From Ktedonobacteraceae bacterium (GTDB taxonomy: Bacteria; Chloroflexota; Ktedonobacteria; Ktedonobacterales; Ktedonobacteraceae): a stretch of DNA of 29,698 nucleotides. Location: contig JAFMRP010000001.1 in assembly GCA_017354095.1 (NCBI GenBank), forward strand, positions 1 through 29,698, given 5' to 3'. Positions 24,285-29,698 of the stretch are shown in pieces. Numbering within the stretch: position 1 is the stretch's first letter; the number at the start of each line of letters is the position of its first letter. Made by a program: the position numbers and the translations under genes. The notes beneath the pieces were generated by a model. The model was not told where the DNA came from. It saw only the letters and a list, made by a program, of their open reading frames with translations, and made no database searches.

Positions 24285-25562
24285 TTAGCCAAACAGGAAA
24301 ACCGTACTGCCCATAATGGCATAAAGTAAGATCAGCAGCAGGCCCTCCAGCCAGACGAGTTCGCCATCTTTAGTAATCTCACTGAAGAGGAAAGTAGCAA
24401 TACCCAGTACGCCCAATTCCACAATGTTGAACACCAGATCCAGGCGTTTAGGCATAAAGATGCTGATCAGAACCAGGATTGGCGCGACCAGCAGAGCAAT
24501 CTGGATCGAGGAGCCAGCAGCGGCGGCCAGCACCATATCGATACGCCTGTCCAGGGCCATTTTGATGGTATTGAAATACTCAGGTAGTCCACCGATCAGC
24601 GGCACAAAGACCAGACCAACGAAGGCAGGGCTCCAACCCAGCGACTCAGTCATCGGCTCAATCGCGCCCACCAGGATCTCTGAGACGATAGCAACGCCGG
24701 CCGTTGCCACTGCTAGCAGCGACAGCGAGCGCCAGAGGGGCGGCTTTCTATGCGCGCCACCGTGCAGTGTGTGCTGTGGAGCCGCACTGGCTGACTGTAA
24801 CGCGACTTTGCCCTCGGGCTTGTTCTCATGATTTTTGATAGCTTCGACGGTACTGTCGATCTGCTGTAGCACGTCGGTTTTGCCAGGTTTTTTACTCTGC
24901 GCCACATGATGGCGATAGGATACCAGGCGCTCAATGGCAGATTCTGAGCGAGCTCCAACCAGTGGCTCAAATTGGTCTGCTTCCTTGCCACCTCCCTTGT
25001 CACCTACCCGAAAGACGCTAAAGAGAATCGAGGCAAGATAGCCAATCAGCAGCAGCACAGCGATAAAGTCAGAGAGCAGCACTCCACGATCAATAATCTG
25101 TTTCTGGTGCTCTAGCGATGCTAATAGTTCAGCCAATGTAGGCAACAAGAGGCCACCAACACAGAGTGCCATCAATGAGGCGTATTGACTGGCAGGGCGT
25201 ACGGCAAAGCGCAAGCGACCATGCTTGACACCACCGATACAGACAGAAACACCCAGTACCAGCAGCGCATTGCCCAGAATGGTACCAATAATTGAAGCGC
25301 GCACAACATCAACCAGCCCCTGGCTCAAAGCCAGAATGCCGATGATCATTTCAGTAGCATTGCCAAAGGTAGCGAAGAGCAGGCCTCCAATACTCTCCCC
25401 TGTATGTTCCGCGACGCCCTCAACCGATTCGCCGATCAGCGCGGCCAGCGGGATAATGCCCAGGGCGGCGACCACAAAAAGGACAGGGGGCGGTACATGC
25501 AACAGCTCGAGTATGGGAGCCAGGACAGCGAAGATAAGTAAGAAATAGAGCCAGCGTGGCAT
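24285..25562 (-). CDS. cax: Ca2+(cation):H+ exchanger, CaCA superfamily, Cax/ChaA type
   Basis: ALGIIPLAALIG, alpha-1 ATFGNATE, ASIIGTILGNALLVLG, SEILVGAIE, GSSIQIALLVAP, DGELVWLEG. GGAGG RBS. Confidence 0.9.
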   Translation of the reverse strand: MPRWLYFLLIFAVLAPILELLHVPPPVLFVVAALGIIPLAALIGESVEGVAEHTGESIGGLLFATFGNATEMIIGILALSQGLVDVVRASIIGTILGNALLVLGVSVCIGGVKHGRLRFAVRPASQYASLMALCVGGLLLPTLAELLASLEHQKQIIDRGVLLSDFIAVLLLIGYLASILFSVFRVGDKGGGKEADQFEPLVGARSESAIERLVSYRHHVAQSKKPGKTDVLQQIDSTVEAIKNHENKPEGKVALQSASAAPQHTLHGGAHRKPPLWRSLSLLAVATAGVAIVSEILVGAIEPMTESLGWSPAFVGLVFVPLIGGLPEYFNTIKMALDRRIDMVLAAAAGSSIQIALLVAPILVLISIFMPKRLDLVFNIVELGVLGIATFLFSEITKDGELVWLEGLLLILLYAIMGSTVFLFG

Positions 25563-25725
25563 CCGTATTCCTCCAGGTAGTTGTTAGTGCGTCACAGCGC
25601 ATGTATATTTCAACGCTATTGCTGACCAGCTATCAAACTGGCTCTCACCATTATCACGCAAAGAAACATGTTTGGCGAGAAAAAAACCATGAATATTTTC
25701 TCTATTCTGCCAGTAGACGGCAACA

Positions 25726-25754
25726 TTGTAAAATCCCGGGTTGGACGTTATAGT
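25726..25754 (+). promoter_or_regulatory. Sigma70-type promoter
   Basis: TTGTAA-17 bp-TATAGT. It overlaps the ORF-track TTG at 25741, which argues for a later start codon. Confidence 0.55.
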
Positions 25755-25815
25755 AGGAGGCAGCTATTTATTTTTGACCTATACACTTCTCCAAATAACA
25801 GTTGAGGTTGTTCTT

Positions 25816-26652
25816 TTGAAGAAACGCAGTCTGCTTGAGCGATTACATACAAATGGAGTTAGTTATCTCATCGGCGCGGCACTTTTATTGCTTTTTATAC
25901 CACTGTATCAACTCCTACTACTCAACCCACTAGGTTATGGTGATGCGCTGCATCAGACTGGTAGCAGCTACCTCGCCTGGATAGGAGAACATAGCTGGCA
26001 ATTCCTGCTCTACCGAGTGCTGCTCGCCCTGGCTTTTATGCTGCTTTTTACCCTACCCTTTGCGCTTTTCCGCATCATTGTAGCGCAAGAAATTATGATA
26101 CAACAGGAGCGCGAAACGGAGGGAGAAGAGGAAAGCGATCAAAAAGAGCATATTGAGGATAAAGAGGAGCAGGGTACTGCCATGCCTCCCTACGCCTGGC
26201 GCGGCAAGGGTTTCGCTATCATTGCAGCCTGGTCGGGCATCGCCGGGATAGTCGTGTATATACTGGGCACCATCGCCAGCACGCTCTATGCGCTGATCGT
26301 AAGCAATGGGGTCCAGACAAACGCACCACTTCCAGCTGGCTATTTGGGGCTTTCCACATTCTTCACTATCTTTGGGCAAACCGTGGGCATGGGGTTATTA
26401 GCCCTCTCGACCCTTTTCTTTGGTGCTATGATTGCACGCGGCGGGCGCAATGTCTGGCCAGGTATATGGGTCGCCCTCGGGTATACGGCTCTAGCCACAG
26501 CGGCTCTATTGAGCGGCAGCGCGGTCGCGGTAGCCAGCGCACCCAGTGAAGGTCAGGCCGCACTGACGACGCCGGCCATACTTCTTTTCGCGCTCTGGGT
26601 ACTCTGGCTAGGTATACTACTGGTACGTCTTAAACCCGAAGAGGAAGCATAG
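25816..26652 (+). CDS. Integral membrane protein of unknown function (about six TM helices, acidic loop)
   Basis: Multiple hydrophobic segments and the loop QQERETEGEEESDQKEHIEDKEE. TTG 25816 with GAGGT RBS 7 nt upstream. Confidence 0.75.
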   Translation: MKKRSLLERLHTNGVSYLIGAALLLLFIPLYQLLLLNPLGYGDALHQTGSSYLAWIGEHSWQFLLYRVLLALAFMLLFTLPFALFRIIVAQEIMIQQERETEGEEESDQKEHIEDKEEQGTAMPPYAWRGKGFAIIAAWSGIAGIVVYILGTIASTLYALIVSNGVQTNAPLPAGYLGLSTFFTIFGQTVGMGLLALSTLFFGAMIARGGRNVWPGIWVALGYTALATAALLSGSAVAVASAPSEGQAALTTPAILLFALWVLWLGILLVRLKPEEEA

Positions 26653-27822
26653 TTACCGAAATTGTTCCGCATGCTCACCCCGTTCAGAGACGTTTAGAAG
26701 AGACTCATCAAGCAGAGCATAAGCGTAGTGCCAACGCTTGAGAGCCTCCTGGTGACGGCCAAGGTCCTCGAGAACCTGTGCCCAGCGCTCATATATCTCG
26801 GCTATACGTGGTGGTTTCCCGTCTTCCGTTGTCTGTTGTGCTGCCTTCTCATACCATATGATGGCCTCTTCTAGTAACGCGCGCCATCGATCACCGGTTG
26901 CATTGAGAGCCTCCGCCTGAGTCATCTTGCCCAGCACGCGATACGTCTCGCCGCGCAGGCGCCCATCGACAATTTCCTCACGTTCTAGCACGTTCAAGGC
27001 CTTGTCACAATAGCTTCGTGCCTCATCCAGGCGTTTCTCGGCCACACAGAGATCAATCAAGGCGATATAATTCGTCAGCGCGATCGGCATATCCTCATGA
27101 TCGCAAGCCAGACGCAGAGACTGCGTGTAGTACTGAGTTGCCAGGAGGTAATTCTTCTGCGCCAGGCATACCTCCCCCAGTAGTTGCAGAGTGCGCTCTT
27201 CCATATGGTGGTCACTACGTTCATGGCAGAGATGTAAAGCCTCCTGGCCAGTCGCAATCGCTTTCTCATAATTATTGGTATAGCAGCAAGCGTCACACAG
27301 GCCATAATAGATAGCCAGCAGTTCTCGCGAGTCGTTATAGTGATGGCAGAGGCGCAAAGCTTCTTCAAAATGCCGAACGGCGGTGGCGTAGAGACCACGA
27401 ATCATGCAAGTCTGCGCTAGAGAAAAACGTGCCTTGATGCGTACAACGGGAAGATGCACGCGGCGATCATGCAACACTTTCAAACAGTGTGTCAGATGCA
27501 ATGAAGCATCCTCATAATGTGTCAGCGACATAGCAGCCAGACCGAGATAAAGCAGACAGAGTGTCAAACGTTCGCGCTCCAGCACGGCGGCCTCCGCTGG
27601 TGGCGGGTTTGCCGCTGCCAAAAGGGGCATCAATGTCTGTATACCGAGATTCCACTGCTTCATCTGGATATAGCACCACCCGTTCAGGTAGACAATTTCC
27701 TTTTGTAATACGTCTTCGGCACGGATATCCTGGAGCGTCGATAGAGCCTCCTCGTTTCTTCCCTCGTCCAACAGCAGGCGCACCCGGTAGAGCAACGTCT
27801 GGGTATCCGCATTTTGGGTCAC
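26653..27822 (-). CDS. Tetratricopeptide-repeat protein
   Basis: Repeated TPR-like units (LYLGLAAMSLTHYEDASLHL, LGEVCLAQKNYLLATQYYTQSL, WAQVLEDLGRHQEALKRW). GTG 27822 after AGAGAGGGGGG. Confidence 0.8.
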   Translation of the reverse strand: MTQNADTQTLLYRVRLLLDEGRNEEALSTLQDIRAEDVLQKEIVYLNGWCYIQMKQWNLGIQTLMPLLAAANPPPAEAAVLERERLTLCLLYLGLAAMSLTHYEDASLHLTHCLKVLHDRRVHLPVVRIKARFSLAQTCMIRGLYATAVRHFEEALRLCHHYNDSRELLAIYYGLCDACCYTNNYEKAIATGQEALHLCHERSDHHMEERTLQLLGEVCLAQKNYLLATQYYTQSLRLACDHEDMPIALTNYIALIDLCVAEKRLDEARSYCDKALNVLEREEIVDGRLRGETYRVLGKMTQAEALNATGDRWRALLEEAIIWYEKAAQQTTEDGKPPRIAEIYERWAQVLEDLGRHQEALKRWHYAYALLDESLLNVSERGEHAEQFR

Positions 27823-27853
27823 GTGCACACCCCCCTCTCTAAAAATATGTGCA

Positions 27854-27864
27854 ATTATAGCACA
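27854..27864 (-). promoter_or_regulatory. Extended -10 promoter for the TPR gene
   Basis: Minus strand TGTGCTATAAT about 32 bp upstream of GTG 27822. Confidence 0.6.
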
Positions 27865-27943
27865 AATACCCACAAAGCAACAGCTTTTAGGTATCCGCCA
27901 CCAATCGTCCCACATCAACTAAAAAGCCACACCAGCACAAATA

Positions 27944-27973
27944 ACCGCTAAGCAATTTTCAGTGCTTAGCGGT
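27944..27973. promoter_or_regulatory. 11-bp inverted repeat (operator, or minus-strand terminator-like hairpin)
   Basis: ACCGCTAAGCA-N8-TGCTTAGCGGT, followed on the minus strand by TATTTGT. Confidence 0.5.
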
Positions 27974-28231
27974 AAATTATGCTCGCCTTTTAGAGAAATA
28001 CTAGCACATTTAAACATCAAAGAAAGAGCTGGTATACGCTCAGAGTCTCTAATCTTGCTCTCTACGTCTCTTTATCCTCTTGTATTGCCTTTTTACATCG
28101 ATACAGTTGATAAAAGAAAAAGGTCGTTATAGCATGTGGATATAATCGAAAATCGGGAAGGGGTGGAGGGGCAATCTTATAGCAAAGATAACACAGAAAA
28201 ATCGTAAGTTAAGAAAAATACGCCTTAAAAA

Positions 28232-28292
28232 TAACAACGGGATATCTTGCATCTCTGCCACCGCGCCCACAAAGTGGCAGAGAGATACCCGC
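28232..28292 (-). other. Intergenic hairpin followed by a U-rich tract on the minus strand
   Basis: Core arms TCTCTGCCAC 28252-28261 / GTGGCAGAGA 28274-28283, an outer bulged stem, then GTTGTTATTTTT on the minus strand. Confidence 0.4.
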
Positions 28293-28371
28293 AATACACA
28301 GTATAGCGCAAAAGAGTTCTTTACACAAGAATATAGGACTTACAGGCCGGGAATGAGCTAGATTTTTTTCC

Positions 28372-28400
28372 TTGCGAGAAGTATATTGTCGTGATAGACT
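28372..28400 (+). promoter_or_regulatory. Promoter for the YvcK-family gene
   Basis: TTGCGA-17 bp-TAGACT with the extended TGn motif (TGATAGACT). Confidence 0.55.
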
Positions 28401-28541
28401 GTGTGCGTAGGCACAGTGCCCAGAGGATTTGAGAGCATGTAGAAGAGGCTCATTTGTTGCCGAGGGGTATGCTATTGGCAGCATATTTCTCGTGTAAAAG
28501 CTTCAGTAAGCTTCGTTCCTTCTGTAGGAGAATTTATAGAT

Positions 28542-29630
28542 TTGGAAGAGGATGCTATTTTGAACACTGAACCTGAAGTGAGCCGAAGGAGACGTACAGT
28601 GCAAGGACATTACCGACCCGGAGACCGCTTTGCAGGACGACGTATCGTTACAATCGGTGGAGGCACAGGAACATTTTCCATGCTTTCTCACCTGAAAAAG
28701 TATCCATTTAATATCACCGCAGTGGTCACTATGTCGGATAGTGGGGGAAGTTCACGCAAACTGATGGATGAGTTCCGAAGGCAAGTGCCATTGGGGGATT
28801 TGCGGCAGTCGCTTGTCGCACTGGCTCGTAATGGGGCTCTGTGGCGCGAAATATTTATGCATCGTTTTGAGCGAGTGGAGGAACCGGGGGAAATAGCGAC
28901 TGGCGGAGGAGTTGCAGGTCACAGTCTCGGCAATCTTATTTTGAAAGGGTTACAGGACATCAATAACGACGATCTGCTCCTGGCCATAGAGGATGCTCAG
29001 GAATTGCTGGACACTGCGGGCAATGTTGTGCCAGTAACACTGGAGAGAACGACTATCTGCGCCGACCTGGAGGACGGGAGCACTATTTGTGGTGAGACAG
29101 AGATTGACACACGAGGAGAGAAAAATCCTGGTCCGCTCTCATCTATCAAGGGTCTGCGGCTCGTACCTGAGCATGCTCAGGGCTGCACGCAGGCAATCCG
29201 AGCCATACGTCGAGCGGACACGATCATTATCGGGCCTGGCGATCTTTATACCAGCCTGCTGCCCAACCTGCTGGTCAAGGATATTGCGCGCGCGGTGCGT
29301 GAGTCTGACGCCGAAAAGGTATATGCCTGTAATCTGATGACCAAGCATGGTGAGACGGACAGCTATAAAGCTTCTGACTTTGTCAACGTTATTCACCACT
29401 ACCTGGGAGCACGCGTGGATCGTGTACTGGTCAACGACGGCCCATTTCCTCCTGACCTGCTCAAGATGTACGCGGAGAAGCAGAGTGAGCCAGTTGTGGC
29501 CGACCGGTCTCGCCTGGCACGCCTCGTGCCCAATATTGTCATTGAACATCTCAACCTGGAGGATGATTCCCTGGCGCGTCATGATCCAGAGCGCCTGGTG
29601 CGCGCGCTGTTTCCATCAGAGTTTTTCTAA
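28542..29630 (+). CDS. yvcK: YvcK/GlmR family (UPF0052, CofD-like; UDP-GlcNAc-binding gluconeogenesis/cell-wall factor)
   Basis: IVTIGGGTG, VTMSDSGGSS..L, GDLRQSLVAL, GHSLGNLIL, GETEID, IIIGPGDLYTSLLPNL, YACNLMT..GET, RHDP. TTG start with AGGAG. Confidence 0.92.
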   Translation: MEEDAILNTEPEVSRRRRTVQGHYRPGDRFAGRRIVTIGGGTGTFSMLSHLKKYPFNITAVVTMSDSGGSSRKLMDEFRRQVPLGDLRQSLVALARNGALWREIFMHRFERVEEPGEIATGGGVAGHSLGNLILKGLQDINNDDLLLAIEDAQELLDTAGNVVPVTLERTTICADLEDGSTICGETEIDTRGEKNPGPLSSIKGLRLVPEHAQGCTQAIRAIRRADTIIIGPGDLYTSLLPNLLVKDIARAVRESDAEKVYACNLMTKHGETDSYKASDFVNVIHHYLGARVDRVLVNDGPFPPDLLKMYAEKQSEPVVADRSRLARLVPNIVIEHLNLEDDSLARHDPERLVRALFPSEFF

Positions 29631-29698
29631 CCGATAGCCTGGTATGCATGAGCGGGCCTTCTATAAGTGTTCTCTTAAGCCCTCTTCTCGCCGCCATG

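Noticed and set aside
25741-25815. N-terminal extension of the membrane protein from TTG 25741
   Set aside because: That TTG lies inside the spacer of the predicted promoter; TTG 25816 has a properly spaced RBS.
28176-28360. Plus-strand open frame downstream of GGAGG at about 28165
   Set aside because: No ATG/GTG/TTG start at a usable distance, and the product is low-complexity and Lys-rich.
28209-28484. 91-aa minus-strand ORF in the last intergenic region
   Set aside because: No RBS, atypical composition, and it runs across the promoter of the YvcK gene.
1-29698. Mobile elements, prophage, defence systems, rRNA/tRNA, frameshifted pseudogenes
   Set aside because: No transposase, integrase, phage, nuclease or structural RNA signatures were seen, and all recognised genes have intact frames.

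Overview
Bacterial chromosomal region with no rRNA, tRNA, CRISPR array or mobile element that I can see. The protein styles suggest Chloroflexota, probably Ktedonobacteria; this is inference and was not searched. Left to right: an L,D-transpeptidase lipoprotein (-); a cystathionine gamma-lyase/synthase (-); a lipoprotein with a duplicated domain (+); a four-gene run of esterase, membrane-anchored beta-propeller, GT9 glycosyltransferase and GNAT (+); a 30-aa hydrophobic small ORF missing from the supplied ORF track (-), divergent from a PadR regulator and sharing a palindromic promoter with it; a LysE exporter; an ABC-2 exporter with a NarL-type two-component system and a candidate ATGAC-N4-GTCAT operator; a stand-alone nuoJKLMN block (-) whose NuoL has a His/acid-rich insertion; a zinc-ribbon pseudokinase with a very acidic tract (+); a Cax/ChaA cation:H+ exchanger with a non-canonical alpha-2 motif (-); a membrane protein (+); a TPR protein (-); a structured intergenic region of about 700 bp; and a YvcK/GlmR-family gene (+). 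The strongest leads are the small ORF/PadR pair, the pseudokinase, the GT9 cluster in a probable LPS-less organism, and the isolated complex I membrane arm with its NuoL insertion. All motif and promoter calls were made by eye.
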